DNA from: Aulosira sp. ZfuVER01
Lineage (GTDB): Bacteria; Cyanobacteriota; Cyanobacteriia; Cyanobacteriales; Nostocaceae
Assembly (NCBI GenBank): GCA_034530615.2
Contig: JAVRCV020000049.1
Span: 224,001-288,000 of the forward strand
Reading direction: 5' to 3'
Length of the DNA stretch: 64,000 nt
This document shows positions 50,087-61,222 of this stretch, piece by piece. The notes under the pieces were generated by a model. It ran no database searches. It was not told where the DNA came from and saw nothing but the letters and a program-made list of their open reading frames with translations. The position numbers and the translations under genes are program-made. Within the stretch, counting starts at the first letter, position 1. Every line of letters starts with the position of its first letter.

Positions 50087-50428
50087 TTAATTCTCATCAC
50101 GCCCATGCACTTGAGCAGGCGGACTAGTGGCCTCAACGGCGGTAAACGGTTCTAAAATCTTATATGTGTGGTTTGACCCTTGAGGAACTACCCAAGAATC
50201 CCCAGGCTCTAACAAAATTTTTTGTCCTTCAATATGTAACTCAGCACGACCATTAATTACATAACCGACTGTTTCATAGTCGCGGGAGGTTGGCTGTTTA
50301 TCTTCGGTTGGTTGTTCATTATCCCAAAGACGCATTGCCACAGACTTGCCAGATGCAAGATACTTCTGACCGAGTTTACCTTTCGGAGAATGGCTAGAGT
50401 CTACTTTCTTGACGCTGGTGTCACTCAT
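50087..50428 (-). CDS. Cupin domain protein
   Basis: ETVGYVINGRAEL...LEPGDSWVVP...HTY. Confidence 0.88.
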   Translation of the reverse strand: MSDTSVKKVDSSHSPKGKLGQKYLASGKSVAMRLWDNEQPTEDKQPTSRDYETVGYVINGRAELHIEGQKILLEPGDSWVVPQGSNHTYKILEPFTAVEATSPPAQVHGRDEN

Positions 50429-50443
50429 ATTTCATGAATTTCC

Positions 50444-51613
50444 TTACGGTTTGAGTACAACTTTGATGCAGTTATCTTGCTTGTTCTTGAAAATTTCGTA
50501 GGCGTGGGGTGCTTTTTCAAGAGGTAGGCGGTGGGTGATAATAAATGATGGATCGATGTCACCCTTTTGAATGTGTTCCAGCAAGGGTTTTACATACCTG
50601 TGGACGTGAGTCTGTCCCATTTTCAAAGTCAAACCCTTGTTCATAGCAGCACCCATAGGTACTTTGTCTATAAAGCCACCGTAGACTCCGGGAATAGATA
50701 CGTGACCTGCTTTTCTACAAGATACAATTACTTGCCTTAATGCTGTGGGGCGGTCTGTTTCTAGGCGTACTGCTTGCTTTACTTTGTCGTACACCGCCAT
50801 CGCATCTGTACCGTGTGCTTCCATCCCCACTGCATCAATACAGGAGTCAGGGCCACGGCCTCCGGTCATTTCTTTGAGTGCTTCGCCAACATCCATTTCT
50901 TCGTAGTTGAGAACTTCAGCTTTAGCGTAGTCTTTAGCCATTTGTAAGCGTTCGGGGATGCGGTCAATGGCAATAACCCGTTCTGCACCTAACAAGTATG
51001 CGCTTTTAATCGCGAATTGTCCGACTGGGCCACAACCCCATACAGCAACGACATCACCGGGTTTGATGTTGCAGTTCTCAGCTGCCATGTAGCCTGTGGG
51101 GAAGATATCGGTTAAAAATAGTACTTGCTCATCCGTTAAGCCATCAGGAATTTTGAACAAGCCGACATCGGCAAAAGGGACTCTGGCGTATTCTGCTTGT
51201 CCGCCAGCATAACCACCCAATAAATGTGAGTAGCCAAATAGACCTGATGGGGAATAGCCCATTTGCTTTTCTGCTAACCAAGCATTGGGGTTAGAGTTAT
51301 CGCATAAAGACCAGAGATCGCGCTGGCAGAAGAAACAAGAACCACAGGAAATAGTGAAGGGAACAACTACGCGATCGCCTACTTTCACATGATTCACCGC
51401 ACTCCCCAATTCAACGACTTCCCCCATAAATTCATGCCCAAGGATATCGCCTTTTTGCATTGTGGGGATGTAGCCATTGTAAAGATGCAAATCAGAACCA
51501 CAAATTGCTGTGGAGGTAATTTTGATAATGGCATCACGGGGGTTAATCAGTTTAGGGTCAGGAACTGTGTCCACCCGCACATCGTTGACTCCATGCCAGC
51601 AAACTGCTTTCAT
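50444..51613 (-). CDS. Zn-dependent alcohol dehydrogenase (formaldehyde-dehydrogenase-like)
   Basis: ICGSDLH, GHEFMG, CGSCFFC...C, DIFPTG and GCGPVG motifs. Confidence 0.92.
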   Translation of the reverse strand: MKAVCWHGVNDVRVDTVPDPKLINPRDAIIKITSTAICGSDLHLYNGYIPTMQKGDILGHEFMGEVVELGSAVNHVKVGDRVVVPFTISCGSCFFCQRDLWSLCDNSNPNAWLAEKQMGYSPSGLFGYSHLLGGYAGGQAEYARVPFADVGLFKIPDGLTDEQVLFLTDIFPTGYMAAENCNIKPGDVVAVWGCGPVGQFAIKSAYLLGAERVIAIDRIPERLQMAKDYAKAEVLNYEEMDVGEALKEMTGGRGPDSCIDAVGMEAHGTDAMAVYDKVKQAVRLETDRPTALRQVIVSCRKAGHVSIPGVYGGFIDKVPMGAAMNKGLTLKMGQTHVHRYVKPLLEHIQKGDIDPSFIITHRLPLEKAPHAYEIFKNKQDNCIKVVLKP

Positions 51614-51809
51614 AATTATTAATCCTTAGGCTGCAAAATTTTTTGGATTTCAGAAGTAATATCTTGATTCAGTTTTATTTAGAGACGCGATGATTTGCGC
51701 CTCTACAAATCAAGAAATTGCTGACAATATCTTGTGGGATGGGTATTTATTCACCCTAACTATGCAATCTGTATGCTCATACCCACCCTAGAATCGTTCT
51801 GACTTATTC

Positions 51810-52259
51810 TTAATCCAAATTGAGCTTTTCGCGAATATTATCAGCACCTTCTCTGAGTTTATTTTTGCTACTCTCAATCAAGTTATTCTCAGGGGTGCCT
51901 TTGTAATAAATACCTTCTGGTGTTCTTACTGTCTCACCAATCTTGCCTTGATTGGCAGTATTGTCATAATATTCTCGATCGTCATTAAAATTTCGTCTGA
52001 GATTATTGTCAGCATTTGGATTGAGTTTATCTAGAGCTTTGTCCAATAGGTTCTTGTCATTGCTGACATTACCACTGTTATCGGGTGTTCCTTTATAATA
52101 GATACCCTCTGGTGTTTTCACAGTCTCAGCTTGTGCCTGCATTCCATTACTGTAGGCGAAAGTCTGCATTCCCAAAAACGCCAAACCTAGGAGAAAAACT
52201 ATCATAATCCGGCGCAAAATTACATTCTGTATCCAAGAAAATATACGTGTCATAGACAT
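51810..52259 (-). CDS. Hypothetical exported protein with a duplicated motif
   Basis: Signal-like N-terminus; ETV(K/R)TPEGIYYKGTP occurs twice. Confidence 0.7.
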   Translation of the reverse strand: MSMTRIFSWIQNVILRRIMIVFLLGLAFLGMQTFAYSNGMQAQAETVKTPEGIYYKGTPDNSGNVSNDKNLLDKALDKLNPNADNNLRRNFNDDREYYDNTANQGKIGETVRTPEGIYYKGTPENNLIESSKNKLREGADNIREKLNLD

Positions 52260-52623
52260 CCTCTGTTGTATTACAATCTGTTTTTTGTTAATAGCTATCA
52301 GCTATTTCATGTTTTAAGAACAACTTTGATAAAGTTGTCTTATTTTGGTTGAAAAATATGGTAGTCGTGGTGCAAGTATCGATGCCAAAACCACCAGTTA
52401 TTTGTTTCAACGCTTCGCCAGCATCAAATACTAAGAAGTTAATTGTTTTGAGGCTGATAAATTTTTTCGTAGTTTCTAGATTCTTCGTCTCTAGATATTG
52501 CTTATTGATTAAAAAGACGAAAGACTAAAGAATAGTGCAGCACTACGGATATAAATATCCAGTTGAAAAAAGTTAAAAAGCCTATGAAAAAAGCTTTCTT
52601 TCCTTTTGCCTACTGCCCTTGTA

Positions 52624-53322
52624 CTAATTGCGTCCTGTCGGTTGACCTTCTGTAGTAGCGATTTCTCCAGCTTCCATGAGCATTTTGAAGCGGCGCAAAT
52701 CATCGCCAATTTGCTGTTCTGGTTCTTCACCAAAAAGTTTGGCGATCGCCGCACTCAACTGCCCACCAAGAACGTTATACTCCAAAACAACCTTGACTTC
52801 CGTACCGCGATCGCCTGGTGCTTTTTGAAAGCGTATAAAACCAGAGTTATCCACATCTGCATTCGCTACTGAAGCCCAAGAGATAAATTGATTTTCTCGG
52901 TCTTCTAAAATGTCTGCATCCCATTCCACGCTGTTACCCAAAGGTGCATTGGCAATCCAATGCGAACGTGTCTCGTTGTACACCTTCACAGATTTGAGAT
53001 GCTTCATAAATGTTGGCAAATTCTCAAAGTTGTGCCAAAAGCGGTACAGTTCCTCTGCGGGTTTATTAATTGTTACCGTCTTTTCAACTTTGATTGGTTT
53101 GTTCATGCCTATTGCTTCCTGTGCTTGCTGAATCGTGCTTTGTTTGGTTACACCTTGATATATCAGGCCCCCGCCAGCCAAAGCCGTTAGCGCGCCTCGC
53201 AAAGAGCCTTGTTTTAAACCCATCAGCACCATAGCGCCGCCACCGATTAAAGAAGCCCAACGTTCAGCTTCACTGGCTTCACCCTGATTAATGTTTGTTC
53301 TATCTCCTGGTGTCGCAGTCAC
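52624..53322 (-). CDS. SRPBCC (cyclase/dehydrase-like) family protein
   Basis: FWHNFENLPTFMKHL, SHW and DLRRFK...EAGE motifs; GGGAGG RBS before GTG 53322. Confidence 0.88.
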   Translation of the reverse strand: MTATPGDRTNINQGEASEAERWASLIGGGAMVLMGLKQGSLRGALTALAGGGLIYQGVTKQSTIQQAQEAIGMNKPIKVEKTVTINKPAEELYRFWHNFENLPTFMKHLKSVKVYNETRSHWIANAPLGNSVEWDADILEDRENQFISWASVANADVDNSGFIRFQKAPGDRGTEVKVVLEYNVLGGQLSAAIAKLFGEEPEQQIGDDLRRFKMLMEAGEIATTEGQPTGRN

Positions 53323-53463
53323 TTTTTTCCTCCCGATTACAGTAAAATGACCACTGAAGGCGCAAAGACTCTCTTCTCTCTCTGTGTTCTTTGCGCTACG
53401 GACACTTTCCACTTTGGAAAAAATCCTGTATGGAAGTGTCCTCTTCTGTGGTTCCCAACCAAA

Positions 53464-54561
53464 TTACATAGCTGTAGCTGCCCCTGTGGTAGCCTTAGGA
53501 GGCTTAACCTCGGCTGACACAAGTCGGTGATACAGTGCGACTAATCGCTGTTCGCATGTCAATAAATCTTGGTAAATTTGTTTGAAAATAGCGGTTGCTA
53601 CTGGATCTGTAAATTGGGCACATAAATTGCCAATATCGCCAATTCCGGTTTGTAAATCGCCCAAAGCGCAACGTAGTTGATATACGTCATCGCTACCAGT
53701 AAAGCTTGTTTTTACCTTGGCATATTGTTCGGCGATATTTGCAGCTAAGGAGGGTTTTTCTCCTAGCCTATCGAGGTAAGTTTCTAATTTTTGGATATGG
53801 TGCTGTTTAGTGGCAATTAGTTCTTGAAAGATTGATCTTGCGTCTGTATTTGATTCTTTTTCAAGATATTTCTCTAATGCTTCTAGAGAATAACGCTCAC
53901 CAGCCAAAGCAGTATTTAAACCTTTAGCGATATCGCCTTTGGTTGAGCCACCCCAAGCATCAGCAATTTTCCACCATTCAGCAGATGTATCGGTTTCCTT
54001 GGGTAAGGCTGCGTCTTTACCACCGTAACCCAGACGGCTCAAGATAGCTGTGGTGAAAATCGCTAAATCCCCAGGTTCACGGGAAGTAATTAAATTGCCA
54101 TCAACTACTAGCGGCTCATCTATATAGTTTGCGCCAGCATTGATGATGTCTTTGCGAATAGCACTGAACCCAGTAATGCGTTTATCTTCGAGCAAATCGC
54201 CTTCAATCAAAAGTTGTGGGCCGTGACAAACAGCAGCCACCCATTTTCCTTGTTGTACTGCTTCTTGTACGAAGCTTACTGTGTTGGGGTTGCGCCGCAT
54301 GATGTCGGGAGCCATACCTCCGGGAATGACCACTGCATCATATTCAGATGCGATCACTTCTGTAGTAGTAGCATCGGGTTGGGTGTTAACTTTGCCATGC
54401 TTACCCTTATATTTCTCATTCATGCGAGAACCGAGGATAACTACCTCCATTCCCGCTTGTTTTAAGCCATTATAAGGAACAGTAAATTCTGAATCCTCTA
54501 CTCCATTTTCAATGAGGATCGCAACTTTTTTCTTACTGGAATGACTGTTATGGTGTACCAT
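53464..54561 (-). CDS. DJ-1/PfpI protein fused to a ferritin-like domain
   Basis: EDSE, IPGG, AVCHGP and LITSREPGDL; C-terminal helical ALAGE...KQHHIQKLE. Confidence 0.88.
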   Translation of the reverse strand: MVHHNSHSSKKKVAILIENGVEDSEFTVPYNGLKQAGMEVVILGSRMNEKYKGKHGKVNTQPDATTTEVIASEYDAVVIPGGMAPDIMRRNPNTVSFVQEAVQQGKWVAAVCHGPQLLIEGDLLEDKRITGFSAIRKDIINAGANYIDEPLVVDGNLITSREPGDLAIFTTAILSRLGYGGKDAALPKETDTSAEWWKIADAWGGSTKGDIAKGLNTALAGERYSLEALEKYLEKESNTDARSIFQELIATKQHHIQKLETYLDRLGEKPSLAANIAEQYAKVKTSFTGSDDVYQLRCALGDLQTGIGDIGNLCAQFTDPVATAIFKQIYQDLLTCEQRLVALYHRLVSAEVKPPKATTGAATAM

Positions 54562-54681
54562 CTGATTTTCCTATGTCACTATAGAATTCAATTAGCTAAA
54601 ATAGTCAATTAATTTGGTAATTTGCCTCATCAAAAAGGCTGATTTCTTCCTCAAATCTCATAAATTTTGAATTGGCGATTA

Positions 54682-55080
54682 TCAGGAAACTTCCCTAGTC
54701 GGTGCGCTAGTAAACAGTTCTTCGTAATCGTGAGAGAAATGGGTGTGAAAAGCCGTAAATTTTTCTGGTGTCACAGCATTTTCTAAGACTGTAAAAACAG
54801 CACGCACATGATTTACAGCAATTATTGGATCGATATTTTCTTTTTGACTTGTACGGGCAATAAATTCTTGTAATTTGAAGGATTGAGCAGATTCTTCCTG
54901 AATTGCTTCTAAATAGTTGCTCAGTTCATTAGGTAACTGGGCAGCTAATTCCTTGGCTGCATCAGATCCAATTCGTTCTTTAATCGTTTCCAATGTGGCA
55001 CGGGTAGCCCTTTCTGCCTCTGCACGAGAATTGGATTGAGCTAGGCTTTGTACGTGGGTAATAAACTCGTTGTATTCCAC
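54682..55080 (-). CDS. DUF2267 family protein
   Basis: ATRATLETIKERI...LAAQLP...HVRAVF; GGAGG RBS before GTG 55080. Confidence 0.8.
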   Translation of the reverse strand: MEYNEFITHVQSLAQSNSRAEAERATRATLETIKERIGSDAAKELAAQLPNELSNYLEAIQEESAQSFKLQEFIARTSQKENIDPIIAVNHVRAVFTVLENAVTPEKFTAFHTHFSHDYEELFTSAPTREVS

Positions 55081-55425
55081 TGTGTACCTCCGGTTCTCCC
55101 GATAAATGCTAAGATTTAGCATTCAAATAGCTGAAAGAAAAAATCAAATTCAAAAAATATTGATTAAACCAATACTTAAGGTTTTTAAATAAAAATTAGT
55201 TATAAGCAATAAGCGAGTAAGCAAAACTTTTATGTTTATTAACTTATTACTCATAACTAATAACTTCAACTACACGGGGTTTGACCATGAATTCATATTT
55301 ACCAGAGTATGGTTCAAATACTAAATTATCGTCGTTCTCAGGGGATAGATTCTTTTATTTCTAAAGTAATACATCCTTAGTTAGACAAGCTTCTGTTAGG
55401 AAAAGGTTATGGTGTAGATACAGAA

Positions 55426-55833
55426 ATGGCTAGAATTATGGCAGAAAAAAATCGTAATGAAGAAATAAACTCTGATGATTTGCCTCAAGCAATTACCGAA
55501 TCTTACGGCACTGGTGTAAAAGACCTGCCAGGATACAATATTGGTGGGCGCTCTATGCAAGCAGAACGACGCGAGTATACAGAAACTAGCCCCGAACTCA
55601 CTGGTGGCGATGTTGACGCTTATTGGGAAGATGCAGATGCAGTTGGAGATGAAGCGGTTGGTGGTACTGCTCCCACTCCCGATCAAAATGTTACTGAGGA
55701 ATTAGAAGCAGCAGTTGGGCTAGAAATGGACGATCGCAGTTTTCTCCGCACCAATGATATTTTAGAAGAGCGTGACGATCGCCGTTGGGAGTTAGATCCT
55801 CTGTCTTCTGAGGATTATCAAGAACGAAAATAG
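55426..55833 (+). CDS. DUF6335-like acidic protein
   Basis: LTGGDVDAYWE...GDEAVGG...PTPDQN...RWELDP. Confidence 0.75.
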   Translation: MARIMAEKNRNEEINSDDLPQAITESYGTGVKDLPGYNIGGRSMQAERREYTETSPELTGGDVDAYWEDADAVGDEAVGGTAPTPDQNVTEELEAAVGLEMDDRSFLRTNDILEERDDRRWELDPLSSEDYQERK

Positions 55834-55859
55834 GTGATAAATCTTACTTGCTAAACTCC

Positions 55860-55894
55860 TAGATCCCCGAATTCTTCAAGAATTCGGGGATCTA
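55860..55894. terminator. Perfect 17-bp inverted repeat (terminator or REP-like)
   Basis: TAGATCCCCGAATTCTT-C-AAGAATTCGGGGATCTA. Confidence 0.65.
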
Positions 55895-55929
55895 AATTGC
55901 TTTCACGCCTAGAGCGATCGCACATAAAA

Positions 55930-56195
55930 TAGATGAAACAGATCTGAGAAAAACTGATTTAAATAGCGCAGATTTGAGCTATGCTAAACTCAGTTGAGCT
56001 TTTCTCTGGAGAGCGAATTCGAGTTTGGGAATCTGACGGGATAATTTGTTTACCAATCTCAGAGAAACTGGCTAATGTGAATCAAACCTCAGTTATGCCA
56101 AATGCGGCAGTGTAGTTCTCCTCAAGACTGACGAAGTGGGGCTGATTTCACAAAGATAAATTGCCAATCCTGACTTGAGAGGAGCAACTATATCC
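55930..56195 (+). pseudogene. Decayed pentapeptide-repeat gene
   Basis: TDLRKTDLNSADLSYAKLS-stop-AFLWRAN, later NLSYAK and DLRGATI, with stops and frameshifts. Confidence 0.55.
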
Positions 56196-56399
56196 CATTT
56201 TGTAGGTAAAAAATAGGCTGACTCCTGTTTTTGACTGTCAATTATCCTCTGCCTATCTTGCGTAATCCTTACTCCTACTAAACTCTGAGCAGGCTTTGGA
56301 AACTTTGCCAACCTCAGGTTAATTTTTGAAAAGTTTAGTTTCCTTGGTTATCTATATAGCCATAGAGTTATATAGAAATTAAAAAATTAGGAATCAAGT

Positions 56400-57152
56400 A
56401 TGAGTAGCGATCTAGCAACTAAGTTACGGGAAGGAACGAGACAATCCCATACAATGGCGGAAAATACGGCGTTTATGAAATGTTTCCTTAAAGGGATTGT
56501 CGAAAAAGAGCCGTTCCGCAAACTGATAGCCAACTTGTATTTAGTCTATAGTGCCTTGGAAGAACAGCTTCAACGTTATAGCACTCATCCTGTAGTTAGT
56601 TTAATTTATTTTCCGGTGTTGAACCGGAAGACAAATTTAGAGAAAGACCTCGCTTTTTACTACGGTGAGGACTGGCACGAGCAAATAGTGGCGCTGGAAG
56701 CAGGTAAAGTTTATGTGGCGCGAATCAACGAAGTAGCCAACACCGAACCTGCATTACTAGTTGCTCATGCTTATGTGCGCTATATGGGAGATTTGTCTGG
56801 GGGACAAAGTTTGAAAAAAATTGTCCGTTCAGCACTGGAATTACCAGCAGATAAAGGAACCGGACTCCATGAATTTGAGCAACTACCTACGATTGAAGCC
56901 ATCAGAGCATTTAAAGCGCAGTATCGTGATGCATTGAATGCATTACCAGTAGATGATGCTTTAGCGGAAAAAATTGTTGCAGAAGCAAATTATGCTTTTG
57001 AACTCAATCGTAATGTTGTGCATGAGTTAGAAGCTGATGTGAAAGCTGCAATTGGCGATCGCATTTTTGATCTAATTACGCGCCAAGATCTACCCGGTAG
57101 CACAGAACATTCACATGGTAATACTTCAGTAAAACTCGTTGCAGCTGAATAA
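56400..57152 (+). CDS. Heme oxygenase (biliverdin-producing; low-oxygen ho2 type by context)
   Basis: LREGTRQSHTMAEN and HAYVRYMGDLSGGQ motifs; adjacent to hemN. Confidence 0.93.
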   Translation: MSSDLATKLREGTRQSHTMAENTAFMKCFLKGIVEKEPFRKLIANLYLVYSALEEQLQRYSTHPVVSLIYFPVLNRKTNLEKDLAFYYGEDWHEQIVALEAGKVYVARINEVANTEPALLVAHAYVRYMGDLSGGQSLKKIVRSALELPADKGTGLHEFEQLPTIEAIRAFKAQYRDALNALPVDDALAEKIVAEANYAFELNRNVVHELEADVKAAIGDRIFDLITRQDLPGSTEHSHGNTSVKLVAAE

Positions 57153-57423
57153 GCATCAACATCAACAGTGAAATTTAAGGACGAGTGTAGGTATCTTTTC
57201 TCTACAAACTGGATACCTGCACTGATGAAAGATTGTACCACTTTAGATTTTGGATTTTGGATTAAAAAAGAGTTAGTAAAAAACCTTTATTCCTCCATCT
57301 TTCATCATCATTTTTTCCAATTGGTATTAATGAGCTTTTAGTGGGGTGATACCTACAAGAGTAATTTTGACATTCCCATATAGCCACTATCACCAGATTA
57401 AAACATTCAAGGTTATTAGCATC

Positions 57424-58821
57424 ATGAAACTTGCAACGCAAACTGTCCAATTCAACTCGGAGCTACTCAAAAAATACGACCAAGCTTTGCCTCGATACAC
57501 AAGTTATCCCCCAGCAACGGAGTTAAAAGAAAATTTTGGCGAGTTGGATTTGCGATCGGCTATTGCAGTAGGCAATTATAAAAATACTCCTCTCTCTCTC
57601 TACTTTCATATTCCTTTTTGTGAGACTGCCTGCTATTTTTGCGGTTGTAATACAATTATTACCAAAAAGAAAGAAATAGTCGCTCCATATTTAAATTATG
57701 TGGTGCGTAATATCCGGCAATTTTCTGAGCTAATTTCCTCAAGACGCCAAGTACATCAACTACATTTTGGAGGTGGGACGCCTAATTATTTAAGTAAAGA
57801 ACAAATGTATTTTCTCTGGAATACGATTAATAGCCAATTTAATTTAGACACACAAGCAGAAGTTTCCATTGAAATCAATCCTAGATATGTTGATAAAAAC
57901 TATATCTTTTTCTTGAAAAACTTAGGCTTTAACCGCATTAGCTTTGGCATTCAAGATTTTAACTATCAAGTGCAAGCAGCTATTAACCGCGTCCAACCGG
58001 AAGCTATGCTTTTTGATGTAATGGAATGGATTCGGGATGCTGGATTTGAGAGCGTTAATGTTGATTTAATTTATGGCTTACCTTATCAAAGCCTTGCTAG
58101 CTTTAAAAACACAATTGCCAAAACCATAAAACTCGATCCCGATCGAATTGCTGTTTTTAACTTTGCTTATGTACCTTGGATGAAGCCTGTACAAAAAAAG
58201 ATTCCGCAGTCAGCATTACCTCAAGCTTCAGAAAAATTAGATATTCTTCAGATGACTATCGAAGAATTAACAGCAAATGGTTATTGGTTTATTGGTATGG
58301 ATCACTTTGCCAAACCCAATGATGAACTTACCATTGCCCAACAAAAAGGACAACTCCACAGAAATTTCCAAGGATACACAACAAAACCAGAATCGGATTT
58401 ATTTGGCTTTGGGATTACTTCTATTAGTATGCTGCATGATGTTTACGTACAAAATATTAAGCAGCTAAAAAGTTACTATCAAGCAATTAATACTGGCATT
58501 ATGCCAATTGAAAAAGGAGTAAGTCTTAATCGAGACGATATTCTCCGACGGAATGTAATTATGGAATTGATGTGTCAGTTTCAACTCTCGGTTAATGATG
58601 TAGAAGAAAAATATCATATAGCTTTTGATACGGATTTTAATGAGTATTTTGCTAGAGAATTATCTGAGTTGAAATTGCTAGAATCTGATGGATTGATTCG
58701 GATGTTACCAAATGGCATTGAGGTGACACCGAGTGGCAGATTACTGATTAGAAATATTGCCTCCGTCTTCGATGCTCATACCAGACAGAGAAAAAATGCA
58801 GCTTTTTCTAAAGCGATTTGA
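57424..58821 (+). CDS. hemN: Oxygen-independent coproporphyrinogen III oxidase
   Basis: PRYTSYP, HIPFCETACYFCGC, GGGTP, GMDHFA and RNFQGYT motifs. Confidence 0.96.
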   Translation: MKLATQTVQFNSELLKKYDQALPRYTSYPPATELKENFGELDLRSAIAVGNYKNTPLSLYFHIPFCETACYFCGCNTIITKKKEIVAPYLNYVVRNIRQFSELISSRRQVHQLHFGGGTPNYLSKEQMYFLWNTINSQFNLDTQAEVSIEINPRYVDKNYIFFLKNLGFNRISFGIQDFNYQVQAAINRVQPEAMLFDVMEWIRDAGFESVNVDLIYGLPYQSLASFKNTIAKTIKLDPDRIAVFNFAYVPWMKPVQKKIPQSALPQASEKLDILQMTIEELTANGYWFIGMDHFAKPNDELTIAQQKGQLHRNFQGYTTKPESDLFGFGITSISMLHDVYVQNIKQLKSYYQAINTGIMPIEKGVSLNRDDILRRNVIMELMCQFQLSVNDVEEKYHIAFDTDFNEYFARELSELKLLESDGLIRMLPNGIEVTPSGRLLIRNIASVFDAHTRQRKNAAFSKAI

Positions 58822-59049
58822 AGAAGGCAGGAGGCAGAAGGCAGAAGGTAATTAAAGATGATGTAGTTTTCTTCTAATTGTAGACCACTAAAATTGTGAT
58901 TTGGTAATGGTCTGAAAACTAGTTTGGATAAAGTAAAAGAGCATTAATATCCTTTACAACATCTTACCTTCTGCCATCTGCCATTTGCCTTCTGCCTTCA
59001 AATAATTTCATCCTTTCTCACCCCTCTTTTTAGCAGCAGGAAGAAAATT

Positions 59050-60672
59050 ATGCGTATCATGATGATTCAACCCAACTATCATTCTGGTGGTGCGGAAATT
59101 GCTGGTAATTGGCCGCCTAGTTGGGTTCCTTATGTTGGTGGAGCATTAAAGCAGGCTGGCTTTACCGATATCCGCTTTGTTGATGCGATGACAGACTATA
59201 TTCCTGATGATGTCTTAGCAGAAATTATCGCTAAATATCAACCGGATGTAGTACTAGCAACGGCGATTACGCCGATGATTTATCAATCGCAAATAACTCT
59301 GAAAATTGTTAAAGAAGTTTGCCCGCAAGCAACGACAATTATGGGCGGGGTTCACCCTACCTATATGTACAATGAAGTTCTTAACGAAGCACCTTGGGTA
59401 GATTACATTATCCGAGGCGAAGGCGAAGAGATTACAGTTAATTTACTCCGGGCGATCGCCAATGGTACAGATGAGAGCGATCGCCGTAATATTTTAGGTA
59501 TTGCTTTCCTCGAAGATGGTAAGGTGATAGCGACACCAGCCCATCCCCCAATTGCTGATTTAGATACCCTCACCCCAGATTGGGATCTCTTAGATTGGAA
59601 GAAATATATTTACACTCCTCTCAACGTCCGGGTAGCTGTACCCAACTATGCTAGAGGATGTCCATTTACCTGCCGTTTTTGCTCTCAGTGGAAATTCTGG
59701 CGCAAATATCGTTCCGGTTCTCCCAAGCGCTTTGTCGATGAAATTGAAATCTTGGTGAAAAAACACAAGGTAGGCTTTTTCATTCTGGCTGACGAAGAAC
59801 CGACAATCAACAAACCCAAATTTATCGCCTTATGTAACGAATTAATCGAACGTAATTTGGGTGTGCATTGGGGTATTAATACTCGAGTTACAGATATTTT
59901 GCGGGATGAACAAGAATTACCTCTTTACCGCAAAGCTGGACTAGTTCACGTTTCTTTAGGTACAGAAGCCGCAGCCCAATTAAAGCTGAACTTGTTCCGC
60001 AAAGAAACCACAATTGAACAAAACAAGCGGGCAATCCAACTGTTAAAACAAAATGGGATGGTTGCCGAAGCGCAATTCATTATGGGTTTAGAGAACGAAA
60101 CTCCAGAGACAATTGAACAAACTTATAAAATGGCTTTGGATTGGAAACCAGACATGGTGAACTGGAATATGTTTACCCCTTGGCCATTTTCAGAATTATT
60201 TCAAGAATTAGGCGATCGCGTCGAAGTGCGAGATTATTCTCAATATAACTTTGTCACGCCAATCATGAAGCCAAACGCAATGGAACGGGAGGAAGTTCTC
60301 AAAGGAGTGCTGCGGAACTATGCTCGTTTCTATCTGCGCAAAACGATTGAGTATTGGTTTGTCAAAGATCCCTTTAAGCGAAAATATCTTTTAGGCTGCT
60401 TGAAGGCTTTTGCTCAAACTACCCTCAACAAACGCTTCTACAACCTGAAGCGGGTGAAATATAAAGGACTACATACCGAAATTGAGTTAGGTTTTGATGA
60501 GTCCAAAATTCTCACTCGCGAACAAATCGCCCAACGCAAAGAACAACATCCAGAATTGTCAGCAGATGTAAATTTTACTGGCAATACCGGCGATATTTCC
60601 GCTTGTGGCGCACCCAACGATCTACCGGAATATCATGGTGACGAACAGGATGTGCCGAGTATGAAGATATAA
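59050..60672 (+). CDS. bchE: Anaerobic Mg-protoporphyrin IX monomethyl ester cyclase (B12-binding radical SAM; ChlE)
   Basis: QPNYHSGGAEIAGNWPP N-terminus, RGCPFTCRFCSQWKFW and LADEEP. Confidence 0.92.
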   Translation: MRIMMIQPNYHSGGAEIAGNWPPSWVPYVGGALKQAGFTDIRFVDAMTDYIPDDVLAEIIAKYQPDVVLATAITPMIYQSQITLKIVKEVCPQATTIMGGVHPTYMYNEVLNEAPWVDYIIRGEGEEITVNLLRAIANGTDESDRRNILGIAFLEDGKVIATPAHPPIADLDTLTPDWDLLDWKKYIYTPLNVRVAVPNYARGCPFTCRFCSQWKFWRKYRSGSPKRFVDEIEILVKKHKVGFFILADEEPTINKPKFIALCNELIERNLGVHWGINTRVTDILRDEQELPLYRKAGLVHVSLGTEAAAQLKLNLFRKETTIEQNKRAIQLLKQNGMVAEAQFIMGLENETPETIEQTYKMALDWKPDMVNWNMFTPWPFSELFQELGDRVEVRDYSQYNFVTPIMKPNAMEREEVLKGVLRNYARFYLRKTIEYWFVKDPFKRKYLLGCLKAFAQTTLNKRFYNLKRVKYKGLHTEIELGFDESKILTREQIAQRKEQHPELSADVNFTGNTGDISACGAPNDLPEYHGDEQDVPSMKI

Positions 60673-60961
60673 GGAATGAGAAAATAGAACTCTTCTAGAC
60701 TCTCCCACACCCATAACTAAAGGTGTGGGATTCTTGCTGGAAAAGGCTTTTCGTTGTACTTTGTAAAAATTCTTCGTGCCTTTGTATTTTTAGGGAAACA
60801 CACTGTTGCGATAATTTAAGCTGACATTCAGTATTTACAAAATCTGGGACGCTTTATACAAAGACTATTAGAAGCTGCAACGAAATTTTGTAGTCCCACA
60901 TCAATGTAATAAAACTACTCTAAGTAGCATTATTTGCGGCCACACTTAGGAGTTTTCTGCC

Positions 60962-61222
60962 TTAAAACTTTAAAACAACATTTGACCCTAAAGGCATGAT
61001 AGCAGTCGCAAAATGAGTGTTTTGGGTATCAGGGTTAACCCATTCTTTAATCAATACAAACTCAGTTTCTGGGTCATAAAATAAAACTGCTAAGGATATT
61101 TGACCTTCCCAGGAATAATGCACATTACCATCTTTAGAGAAGTACACAGCACCTCTGCCATGTGCATAAAAACCACTTAAGGCAGTTCTAGCAAGAGTAT
61201 TCCAAGAAACAAATTTCATCAT
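60962..61222 (-). CDS. Hypothetical protein
   Basis: GFYAHGRGAV...YDPETEFVL; GAGG RBS. Confidence 0.6.
   Translation of the reverse strand: MMKFVSWNTLARTALSGFYAHGRGAVYFSKDGNVHYSWEGQISLAVLFYDPETEFVLIKEWVNPDTQNTHFATAIMPLGSNVVLKF

Noticed and set aside
56309..56322. Possible ChlR operator CAACC-TCA-GGTTA upstream of the heme oxygenase gene
   Set aside because: Only a partial match to TTMCC-N3/4-GGWAA; too weak to call
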